A stretch of 64,000 bases of DNA from positions 47,596 through 111,595 of IMG/VR virus record IMGVR_UViG_3300010150_000009, one strand, 5' to 3'. Of this stretch, positions 56,354-64,000 are shown piece by piece. Below the pieces are notes generated by a model. It made no database searches. It was given only the letters and a program-made list of their open reading frames with translations, and was not told the origin of the DNA. Position 1 is the stretch's first letter, and every line of letters starts with the position of its first letter. Made by a program: the position numbers and the translations under genes. This DNA comes from a virus. Taxonomy: Duplodnaviria > Caudoviricetes.

Positions 56354-57469
56354 ATGAGAATTGAAACAGATGTTAAGTTAGATTTTAAAGATGTGCTTAT
56401 TCGTCCCAAGCGTTCAACGCTAGGATCCCGCAAAGAAGTAAGTTTAAACAGAGAGTTTAGATACAGAAACAGTGATTGGAGGTATAGTACTATTCCAATT
56501 ATGGCATCCAATATGGATGGCGTTGGTACGTTTACTATGGCCGACAAACTTACAGAGTTAAACTTGTTTACGTGTCTTGTAAAAACTTATAATACAAAAG
56601 AACTTATTGATTACTTTAAAGACGCACATTATAAAAAACTTAATACTGTAGCGATGAGTATTGGAATTACGGATAGTGATTTTGAAAAGTGGCGTGAAGT
56701 TAAAAAAAATACAGAAGTGCGTTATGTGTGCATTGACGTAGCAAACGGATATTCAGAACGCTTTAGTGAGTTTGTAAAGAAGTTTCGAGATGAATATCCA
56801 CGCACAACAATTATTGCCGGCAACGTAGTGACCGGAGAAATGGCAGAGGAGTTAATATTAAATGGTGCGGATATCGTTAAAGTTGGAATCGGTCCTGGTA
56901 GCGTATGTACTACTAGGCTCCAAACTGGGGTTGGCTATCCTCAGTTGTCTGCTGTTATTGAATGTGCAGACGCGGCTCATGGGCTTGGTGGGCATATTAT
57001 TGCTGATGGGGGATGTACTAACCCTGGTGATATTGCGAAGGCGTTCGCAGGAGGTGCTGACTTTGTGATGCTTGGTGGTATGCTTGCTGGACACGATGAA
57101 GGAGAAGGCAATATTATTACCAAGCAATACGCAACGAATGAACTCTCTAGTAAGAGCAGGCTGGTAGGCAGTCAATTGTTCGTCACAGAAGAAAAAAAGT
57201 TTGTACAGTTTTATGGTATGAGTAGCACTGCCGCTAATAAAAAACACTTTGGTGGATTAAAAGAATACAGATCTTCTGAAGGAAGGGAAGTACTAGTTCC
57301 GTATCGTGGTGCGGTTGCTAATACAATTCAAGATATTTTAGGTGGAGTGAGAAGTACATGTACTTACGCTGGTGCTAACAAACTTAAACAGTTATCTAAA
57401 TGTACCACCTTTGTACGTTGCACACAAACACATAACGGAATATACGAAAAGAATACTATTGGCAATTAA
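56354..57469 (+). CDS. guaC: GMP reductase
   Basis: [60 protein letters not shown]. Confidence 0.96.
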   Translation: MRIETDVKLDFKDVLIRPKRSTLGSRKEVSLNREFRYRNSDWRYSTIPIMASNMDGVGTFTMADKLTELNLFTCLVKTYNTKELIDYFKDAHYKKLNTVAMSIGITDSDFEKWREVKKNTEVRYVCIDVANGYSERFSEFVKKFRDEYPRTTIIAGNVVTGEMAEELILNGADIVKVGIGPGSVCTTRLQTGVGYPQLSAVIECADAAHGLGGHIIADGGCTNPGDIAKAFAGGADFVMLGGMLAGHDEGEGNIITKQYATNELSSKSRLVGSQLFVTEEKKFVQFYGMSSTAANKKHFGGLKEYRSSEGREVLVPYRGAVANTIQDILGGVRSTCTYAGANKLKQLSKCTTFVRCTQTHNGIYEKNTIGN

Positions 57470-58332
57470 GCAAGATCATTGCCAAAAATATTATCTGTGA
57501 TCCACCCATAGAGTGGAGTTTTAAATGCTAGTTCCCATATTCCGTTTTGGCTTAAACAAGAACTATTCGGTATGTGATGAATTAGTTTGCTTTTATGAAT
57601 GTGTTCCGACACATTTTCTATTAATACATTATCAACGCCGTTGTATGTAAATTTAGGAATGTAAACCTCACCTTCTACAAAAAGATTTTTATTGTTTGCA
57701 TGTTTGGCTATAAAATAAAGATTATCAGTAGTATCATAATATAACTTATTACCTTTAATAACATAACCATCATCAGTTATTAAGCAACCGTTGAATTCAG
57801 TATATTCTTCTGTCTTGTTATTAAACACTTTTGGGTTGTTGCCCACTACTTTGTCATGTCTGTAATTTAAAAGTCTATAGTTTTTATTACTATTGTTAAC
57901 CTCATGCGGGAATATATCTACAGAGAAATTGTCATTGTTTAATTGTTCAAAGATATAATTGATATTTTGCGTACAATCTAAATATGTATGCCCTCTACGA
58001 TGTATTAAATCACAGATGTCCACTTCACATAAACTAACATGATCTATATCAATACCAAATGGTCCCTCATCATAATCACATGAGTGATCAGCACCAAGAT
58101 GTTCGATAACCAAAGTATATTCATTCTCTATGGTATCTTCTATATCAACAGTTGACTTAAAATGATAACCTTTTTCCGGAATTCCAGTTTGAACATCATG
58201 TTCGATAAGAGTGTTATACATCATATCGCCATTTGGTATATTACCGTAGCGATCAATGATGTAAAATTTCCAGGTTGGAATTTTTTTAGAAGTGCAATTG
58301 TAAGTTACACCAATTGACAATGTGAATGGCAT
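57466..58332 (-). CDS. Hypothetical protein, paralog of 7223..7927
   Basis: Extensive shared motifs with the 7.2 kb ORF. Confidence 0.8.
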   Translation of the reverse strand: MPFTLSIGVTYNCTSKKIPTWKFYIIDRYGNIPNGDMMYNTLIEHDVQTGIPEKGYHFKSTVDIEDTIENEYTLVIEHLGADHSCDYDEGPFGIDIDHVSLCEVDICDLIHRRGHTYLDCTQNINYIFEQLNNDNFSVDIFPHEVNNSNKNYRLLNYRHDKVVGNNPKVFNNKTEEYTEFNGCLITDDGYVIKGNKLYYDTTDNLYFIAKHANNKNLFVEGEVYIPKFTYNGVDNVLIENVSEHIHKSKLIHHIPNSSCLSQNGIWELAFKTPLYGWITDNIFGNDLA

Positions 58333-58333
58333 G

Positions 58334-58927
58334 TTATTGTAAAAGTTCTTCTAAAAGCCAAAGATAAAACGGACATTTAAATTCAATACTATAATTACTT
58401 TTATGAACATTTAAATATGTAGTAGACGAAGTCCATATACATTTTCCGTCTATTACAGCAATCTCATTCATCATATCATTATTTCTAAGATATTCTATAA
58501 ATCCGTCTGTTTCTATTTCAGATTCAGGACATATTTCTGCTACTGTTACACCGTTATCCCACAATACAGATTCAATTGAAATTTCATCAATTTCAATGTC
58601 GACAATATAAAAACCATAATCTTCCTTGCCGCCAGTAAAACGATTAGTTTTAAGTAGATCCCAAACATCTTGCATATCAGACTCGTATATAACTTTTATA
58701 GTATGGATGTCTTCCTTATCATCGTCTACTTCGATGTCATATTCTTTAATGGATATCTTTTTTCCGTCTTGCCAGACTGTTGTGTGATTTGAAGGATTGT
58801 CTAATTCAACGTTTTCTTCTAATACCGTGTCGTTTAGCATTATAGTGCAACGCGGAAATGGTAATTTTCCGTTTAAATCGTCAGTTAGTTTGAAGTATAT
58901 TTTAAGTGGGATTGTTTCTAAACTCAT
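58334..58927 (-). CDS. Hypothetical protein
   Basis: Ends YSIEFKCPFYLWLLE, similar to the F.TPLYGW ending of the paralog pair. Confidence 0.7.
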   Translation of the reverse strand: MSLETIPLKIYFKLTDDLNGKLPFPRCTIMLNDTVLEENVELDNPSNHTTVWQDGKKISIKEYDIEVDDDKEDIHTIKVIYESDMQDVWDLLKTNRFTGGKEDYGFYIVDIEIDEISIESVLWDNGVTVAEICPESEIETDGFIEYLRNNDMMNEIAVIDGKCIWTSSTTYLNVHKSNYSIEFKCPFYLWLLEELLQ

Positions 58928-58975
58928 TGTATTATACGTGCTATTGATTATTTATGAGTATACGGATACTTACTC

Positions 58976-59011
58976 AAAAAAAAAGACATAGCTTGTGACT
59001 ATGTCTTTTTT
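58976..59011. terminator. Intrinsic terminator (bidirectional type)
   Basis: aaaaaagacatag-cttgtga-ctatgtctttttt. Confidence 0.75.
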
Positions 59012-59029
59012 GTGGTGTAAAATTATTAA

Positions 59030-59572
59030 TTATTCACCAATGCCTAGACCATCATACCATTCGTTAAAGTTGCCTGCGTATGCAAGAACAACAACACTAC
59101 CTAGTTTTACTAGTCCGCCATCTTCCCATGGATTTGCTGTGTAATATTGCTGTGAACCACCGCCAATATTCAAATCTGTAGTAACAGTTCCGGAACTCGT
59201 AATTGTGCCGTCAGCAATGTTAGCTGCCGCATCTGCTGTTAAAGGATTATATATTGTAACAGCATGACTTAAAAAATTATTAGTTTCATCATGTGAAACG
59301 TCGTCAACAATAATATTGTCAAGTTCTCCGTCCGGATTTAAATTCTCATCTTCGCCGCCAGAGTGGCAAATTTCAAATTTATATGTGTGTGGTCCTGAAC
59401 CAGCACTGTCGTCATTAATTGATGTTATTGCTACAGATAATGGATTTGAATCAGGTTGTACTTCATTTACACCCAACTCGCCTTGGATAAGAACGTCATC
59501 TTTGTATACTTTGATGGCGTAATCTTCTGTAGAGGATTCATATTTTTTAAAATTAAAAGCAATCGTGCTCAT
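59030..59572 (-). CDS. Acidic hypothetical protein, possibly structural
   Basis: SD AGGA, upstream ATAAATA, downstream terminator. Confidence 0.65.
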   Translation of the reverse strand: MSTIAFNFKKYESSTEDYAIKVYKDDVLIQGELGVNEVQPDSNPLSVAITSINDDSAGSGPHTYKFEICHSGGEDENLNPDGELDNIIVDDVSHDETNNFLSHAVTIYNPLTADAAANIADGTITSSGTVTTDLNIGGGSQQYYTANPWEDGGLVKLGSVVVLAYAGNFNEWYDGLGIGE

Positions 59573-59636
59573 GATTATTTTCCTATTGTTTTCGCGAAAA
59601 CCAATTCTGAGTAAACTGGCTATAAGTAATATTTAT

Positions 59637-60299
59637 CTAAATCTTAGATAATAATGTATGGTCGCCATTGAAATGCCAAAAACCAGTGTGTTGCAGATCT
59701 ATAGACTTATCTACCCACACTTTAAGTCCTGCGTGTTGAACACTTCTGCAAAAACTATAGTCTTCTGTTAAATATTGACCTGTTTCGTCCACAGTACAGT
59801 TAAAAAAGTCGTATTGGAAGTCTGTTTCGTCGCCTAATCCAATGTCATCATGATACTTAGTAGCACCTGCTTCAATGAGTTTCTCAAATACTTCGCGTTT
59901 AATAAGCATAAAGCCTGTGCCGGCACTGTCTGCTTCTACTAAATCTTCTCTACGCTCACCATCCTTTTTAATATTTACTACATACTTGGGTGGAATAATC
60001 TTTTGAGGATATACACCACACGCGACATCAACATCGTGTGTTACTAACTTAACCACATCCTCTGGTGTCCAACCAATGTCTGCGTCTACAAACATTAGAT
60101 GACTGCCGTTACCCATAAGAAATTTAGCGGCGCAACTATTACGCCCACGATTAATATTGCTTTCATTGCTTAGTGTGTCTATTTGGAATGCTAATTTATT
60201 CTGCATACCAAACACGGTCCATTTAATATAACTTTGGAAGCATGACTCGCTTATTTGACCACCATAACAAGGCGTACAAAAGTGTATATTGATATTCAT
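59637..60299 (-). CDS. GT-A glycosyltransferase-like protein
   Basis: TPCYGG, ESNINRGRN, LMFVDAD (DxD), GVYP, GTGFMLIKR, LTEDYSFC, HTG. Confidence 0.85.
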   Translation of the reverse strand: MNINIHFCTPCYGGQISESCFQSYIKWTVFGMQNKLAFQIDTLSNESNINRGRNSCAAKFLMGNGSHLMFVDADIGWTPEDVVKLVTHDVDVACGVYPQKIIPPKYVVNIKKDGERREDLVEADSAGTGFMLIKREVFEKLIEAGATKYHDDIGLGDETDFQYDFFNCTVDETGQYLTEDYSFCRSVQHAGLKVWVDKSIDLQHTGFWHFNGDHTLLSKI

Positions 60300-60351
60300 A
60301 TTACGTATAATTCTACATTAATGGTATGCTGTACTCATATAACGTGTACGT

Positions 60352-60624
60352 TCATTTTAGTGTTATTTCTACAACGAGATCCTTGTCGCCTTTAATTATT
60401 CTATGATGGCGATTTTTCGGTATTACATAAAGATTACCGTGCTCTAACACAACAGGAAGTTGATTGTCTAACTGTAACTTCCAGTTAGATCCTTGTAATA
60501 CACGAACTTCGCGTTCTTCACGATCACGATGCCAGCATAGTTCTTCGCTGTCTGTGTCGTGTTTGAAAGTTCTGTGTATTGTGTACGGATTTGTATATTT
60601 TTGATTGTATGGTTTTACCACCAC
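60352..60624 (-). CDS. Cupin-like phage protein
   Basis: WHRDREER..WKLQLDNQLP..IPKNRHHRIIKG. Confidence 0.75.
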   Translation of the reverse strand: MVVKPYNQKYTNPYTIHRTFKHDTDSEELCWHRDREEREVRVLQGSNWKLQLDNQLPVVLEHGNLYVIPKNRHHRIIKGDKDLVVEITLK

Positions 60625-62000
60625 TGTCCACCTTTAATACCTAGTGACTTATATCTTGGTAGTCTGCAACTCCAATAACTTGCTGTAGTTTTGTCGTTGC
60701 GATTTTTGCAATCATGTCTTGCTACAAAGTTACGAACGCGGTCAGGGTCGTCTGTTTTCACACTCATGCCTTTTGCACCAAAAGAAACTTTTTTAATATT
60801 GCCAGTCTTTGGATTTCTAACGTATACATAAAACTTTTTAGAACCGCCTCTTTTTGGCTTATTAAGTTCTACATTTTTACCGCGATAATCTGCTTCACTT
60901 AGTGATTTGTTCTTTTCATAACAATCACAATGTTTGCACTCTGGCCCACATTTACATTCTGTAACAGGCACACCGCAACATTCTGTTGAACACATTTCAA
61001 CTGCTTCTTGAACAGACTCCATAGCATTACCTGCTTCTAGTTCTGCTCTCCAGTTTTCTTCAAACTCTTTGGCGGCGGCTTTACGATCTTGTACGCTAAA
61101 CGCATAACCAAATTCTTGTGCGTAACTTTTGGCCGCGGCAGTTGCCCAGTACAACCATAACTTAGCGGCAAGTTCGGAATCATATACACCTTTCCTCCAC
61201 TTGCGTGTTAAGTTCTTCATGATTGATTCCTTTTGAGGATATAAAGAGCCGGTGTTGTCTGCGTAAAGGACTAGTTCGCGAACTGCGTCTTCATCTTCGA
61301 CCGATTCGCGAGTATATCTTGTTTTAATATCTTTTGGAACTTCTGATTCAAAACGAGGCATTCTCCATAATACGCCGCGAGTTGCTTTTCCCTCATCATC
61401 AAATGTTATACCATGTTTTTGCTTAAAGGTTTTAAACAATGCACCATATTTTTTAAGGTGATCTGGATTAACCCTAGGAATTGGGTTGGCTAGTAGAAAG
61501 GTCCAATGATTTTTACGTGCAGTTTCATGTATAATAGGAGCTACACTGACTCCTTCGTATGTGTGAAAAAATTCAAGAAATTCTTTTAACATTCCGGCTA
61601 CCTTTGTTTCTTCCGGAGTGTATGTGGGTGCAAATAACTTATGTTGACGTTTTGCATCTGCCGCATCTAACTGCGGTGATCTAATAAACTTGCCAGAGCG
61701 GTTTTTAAGAAGATCATCTTCATCTTCATCTTCTTCTGCGATTTCAATAGGAACATCTAACGAAAAAGTTTCACCTTCTACAACAATACATTGGCCAATG
61801 TCGGTCTCTAATAGTTCTTGATCTTGCCAATCAAGTTCAATTTTGCCTTCATTATATAACTGTCTTACTTGGCTGTAAAACTCTGTAAATGCTTTTGACC
61901 CGGGGCGAAACAAACATTCCGTAAATGGAATACCGCGTTCGATATGTTCTTGTATTGTTTTACTTACTGTGGAATGTAGTGAAAATTCTTTTATTCGCAT
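60615..62000 (-). CDS. Modular late protein, probable virion-internal polyprotein
   Basis: MRIKEF N-terminus, E-S/E-A junctions, Cys-rich segment, C-terminal KKFYVYV.NPKTG..KVSFG..ARHDC..YWSC. ATAAATA upstream. Confidence 0.6.
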   Translation of the reverse strand: MRIKEFSLHSTVSKTIQEHIERGIPFTECLFRPGSKAFTEFYSQVRQLYNEGKIELDWQDQELLETDIGQCIVVEGETFSLDVPIEIAEEDEDEDDLLKNRSGKFIRSPQLDAADAKRQHKLFAPTYTPEETKVAGMLKEFLEFFHTYEGVSVAPIIHETARKNHWTFLLANPIPRVNPDHLKKYGALFKTFKQKHGITFDDEGKATRGVLWRMPRFESEVPKDIKTRYTRESVEDEDAVRELVLYADNTGSLYPQKESIMKNLTRKWRKGVYDSELAAKLWLYWATAAAKSYAQEFGYAFSVQDRKAAAKEFEENWRAELEAGNAMESVQEAVEMCSTECCGVPVTECKCGPECKHCDCYEKNKSLSEADYRGKNVELNKPKRGGSKKFYVYVRNPKTGNIKKVSFGAKGMSVKTDDPDRVRNFVARHDCKNRNDKTTASYWSCRLPRYKSLGIKGGQWW

Positions 62001-62040
62001 GGCATAAATCCTTTTATGTATTTATGCTTCTATATAAATT

Positions 62041-62928
62041 TTAAAAGATAATATCACCACTGGTACATTTGATTCTGTTAACTGTTGTCTCTTTAGCACC
62101 GTTGAATTTCCCCACTCCGTGCGACTTAACGTATGCTGTAATAGTCATCTTATCGCCGACATCAGGTAATGTTAGGGTGTGATAACCTGCAAAGAACTTT
62201 ACAATGTTTCCGTTCTCGTCCTTGGTTGTAATCATATATGAATCATGTTTGGATAGATATCGTTTAGAAATAACACTAAGATTAAACGAGCATCGTTTGC
62301 CTACAGTGCCAACATATTCACTAGTTTCAGACAACTTTCGTTCATATGCGGCTTGTTTATTCCATGTCACATTAGAGAAGTATGTTTTTGGTAGCGCGGC
62401 AACTAATCCCAACTCCGTGCTGTCCATTGTCTTAGTGCTAATTAGTTTATACACCTTTTCATCAAACTCACTGAGAGTTCCCGCTATATGTTTAAATAAC
62501 AACCCTTGGAAATGATTGACCATTGCTTCTGCCAGCGCACTATCTTCTTCTTTGATATGTTTGCTTTTATCATCACCTTTAAGAATATCAAACAAAGAAA
62601 AAATTATATGATCTCTGTTTGCCAGTGTTAGTACAGCTTCGGTGACATGAACTGGTACGCCGTTGTCATCAGTCACTACTTGACTATGATCTAAATTTAC
62701 GTATGACATATATGCGTCATTACTCTTAATATGGCTCATACCGTTTTTACGATATGCGGCACACGATAACTCAATACAAAGTCTGGTGTCTAAGAATCGC
62801 TTTTTACTTCGAAGATCCTTGTAAATTTTATAAGCCACTACTGGATTTTTAGTGCTTGATCCTTTAATTCTTTGGTTCATTTTAGTGACGTCCGCTCTTT
62901 GGTAAACACTATACTCTCCTCGGGACAC
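62041..62928 (-). CDS. Hypothetical protein with C-terminal OB-fold-like domain
   Basis: SEYVGTVGKR..DENGNIVKFF..VKSH..FNGAKETTVNR. Confidence 0.68.
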   Translation of the reverse strand: MSRGEYSVYQRADVTKMNQRIKGSSTKNPVVAYKIYKDLRSKKRFLDTRLCIELSCAAYRKNGMSHIKSNDAYMSYVNLDHSQVVTDDNGVPVHVTEAVLTLANRDHIIFSLFDILKGDDKSKHIKEEDSALAEAMVNHFQGLLFKHIAGTLSEFDEKVYKLISTKTMDSTELGLVAALPKTYFSNVTWNKQAAYERKLSETSEYVGTVGKRCSFNLSVISKRYLSKHDSYMITTKDENGNIVKFFAGYHTLTLPDVGDKMTITAYVKSHGVGKFNGAKETTVNRIKCTSGDIIF

Positions 62929-63136
62929 CGTAACGGCCGTCTAATGTAAAAATGTATCTCCGCCCATTTACACCATAAGAGGCAGTCATACGAATTGGTG
63001 TATCGAATCCAGAGGTTTCTTTTTGGGTGTTAAAAATATGAAGGGCGTCCATTAAAGAATCCTCATATACTTTGGTCTCTCGAGGACTGCCAGCGATGTT
63101 GCGATACTGTATTGTCCAATAATCTTTCTTATTCAT
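62909..63136 (-). CDS. Hypothetical protein
   Basis: 75-aa ORF with SD AGGAG. Confidence 0.6.
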   Translation of the reverse strand: MNKKDYWTIQYRNIAGSPRETKVYEDSLMDALHIFNTQKETSGFDTPIRMTASYGVNGRRYIFTLDGRYGVPRRV

Positions 63137-63147
63137 TATTATGCTCC

Positions 63148-63294
63148 TTAAAGTGATTTGATAAGTTCATTAACTTCGTCTTGAATAAATGGTTCGGCTT
63201 CAACAGCCCACAAAACAAAGTTAATCTTGTCATGAGATACTTCTTCGTTACATGCCTCAATTAACTTCTTTGCTAATTCTTCTACCTTAACCAT
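63148..63294 (-). CDS. Small hypothetical protein (48 aa; not in ORF track)
   Basis: MVKVEELAKKLIEACNEEVSHDKINFVLWAVEAEPFIQDEVNELIKSL fills the gap. Confidence 0.5.
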   Translation of the reverse strand: MVKVEELAKKLIEACNEEVSHDKINFVLWAVEAEPFIQDEVNELIKSL

Positions 63295-63550
63295 TTAAGT
63301 CATACTCCCAGTTCTTTTTAGTATACCATTTCTCTACTACAGGCAATCCGAATTCGTCTTCGTCTACGGAAATGTAAACGACAGTCTTTTTGACATTGGC
63401 GTAGCGGTATCCATCGTCTACCCAAACCTTATGGGCAAACTCTTTACAAAAGTCAAAGTCGTCATCGTTGACGGAGTATTCGAAATAGTTGCCTTCTTCC
63501 TTTTCAATGAAGCAACCAATTGGATCTTTGGTAAATTTGTAGTATGCCAT
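63287..63550 (-). CDS. Hypothetical phage early protein
   Basis: IGCFIEKEEGNYFEYS..HKVWV..YRYANVKKTVVYISVDEDE. Follows repeat promoter E. Confidence 0.72.
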   Translation of the reverse strand: MAYYKFTKDPIGCFIEKEEGNYFEYSVNDDDFDFCKEFAHKVWVDDGYRYANVKKTVVYISVDEDEFGLPVVEKWYTKKNWEYDLNG

Positions 63551-63560
63551 TTATCTTCCC

Positions 63561-63645
63561 TATTTCTTTAGCGTATATATACATTATACAGTATTTGACT
63601 AAAAAGTCACGAAAAAAAGTAACGTAAGTGTTTGATTTTAAAGGA
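63561..63645 (-). promoter_or_regulatory. Repeat promoter E with IHF-consensus box and shared leader
   Basis: AATCAAACACTTA ... GTGACT-16-TATAAT, then leader ATATACGCTAAAGAAATAGGGAAG. Confidence 0.72.
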
Positions 63646-63673
63646 AAATAAAAAATTTAATAAATTTTAATGC

Positions 63674-64000
63674 TTATTTTTGTAAATATTGTAAATATTT
63701 GAATATATCTGTGCGATCTTTGAAGACCTTAGGTATAGAATTAATTATTTCAGTAAATTCTTGATAGCAGGGATGTAGTTTTGATAAAATATTTTTTTCT
63801 GTATATTCTGCATCGGACCAGTGAGAGGGTTTTCTTAAAGGTATAAAATATACATTATCTATACCAATGTCGTCTAGAAATAACTTTAAAATTTTGGGTA
63901 TTTCTCGAAAATTGTCTTTTTGCAATATGAACACCCCGCTAACTACAGGCCTATTAGGAAGTTGCATTAACCAATTTATATTTCTTAAAAGTTGATTCCA
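63674..64000 (-). CDS. C-terminal part of a probable radical SAM protein (truncated by window end)
   Basis: Frame is open to the window end. FILQKDNFREI..VYF..HPCYQEF tail. Confidence 0.5.
   Translation of the reverse strand, partial: WNQLLRNINWLMQLPNRPVVSGVFILQKDNFREIPKILKLFLDDIGIDNVYFIPLRKPSHWSDAEYTEKNILSKLHPCYQEFTEIINSIPKVFKDRTDIFKYLQYLQK

Noticed and set aside
41183-57469. Cellular (bacterial) origin suggested by guaC, folE, fdxA, clpP and yhhQ
   Set aside because: These genes are interspersed with phage PolB, clamp, RNase H, ligase, late promoters and arrays of small phage genes.
59588-59601. 14-bp palindrome gttttcgcgaaaac
   Set aside because: Single short occurrence, likely a leader hairpin, with no further support.
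23980-63645. TAAGTnnTTGATT repeats as integrase attachment/arm sites or IS ends
   Set aside because: No integrase or transposase in the window. The fixed spacing to -10 boxes fits promoters better.
1-64000. Stop-codon reassignment
   Set aside because: Conserved genes are full length in the standard code, coding density is high, and TAA, TAG and TGA all end genes.
1-64000. tRNA, rRNA or riboswitch (e.g. preQ1 riboswitch near que genes)
   Set aside because: No cloverleaf or T-loop motif in the gaps, and the leaders of folE, yhhQ and queD are too short. Most gaps hold small ORFs or promoters. An Infernal/tRNAscan run would be decisive.

Overview
This is a 64 kb, AT-rich, gene-dense segment of a large T4-related (jumbo-like) dsDNA bacteriophage. 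Its host is probably an aquatic Proteobacterium, inferred from the alphaproteobacterial-type FdxA, yhhQ and guaC genes, the sigma70 promoters and the IHF-consensus sites. Positions 1-12.6 kb (+ strand) form an island of tailoring enzymes: radical SAM proteins, a methyltransferase, SGNH proteins, a carbamoyltransferase, an Asn-synthetase-like and a sulfotransferase-like protein, and a 1011-aa repeat/glycosyltransferase-like protein. Most of the rest lies on the - strand. It carries thyX with amino-sugar genes, a phosphomannomutase, a DNA methyltransferase, an FG-GAP outer-membrane protein, a MoxR AAA/vWA pair split by a ParB-like + HNH cassette, early small genes, DNA ligase and RNase H. It also carries a 7-deazaguanine DNA-modification cluster (queE, queD, yhhQ, folE, DpdL-like, dpdA; no queC seen) interleaved with an amidinotransferase, a phosphoribosyltransferase and a glycosyltransferase. 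The clamp, PolB, a Leu/Phe/Val dehydrogenase, guaC and probable late virion-internal proteins follow. The main highlights are four: a possibly new deazaguanine hypermodification pathway, a five-copy promoter class with degenerate -35 and exact IHF-consensus boxes, leaderless sigma70 transcripts, and a GmrSD-like ParB/HNH cassette with a 26-bp palindrome. No rRNA, tRNA or CRISPR array was recognised. All calls are by eye, with no database searches.
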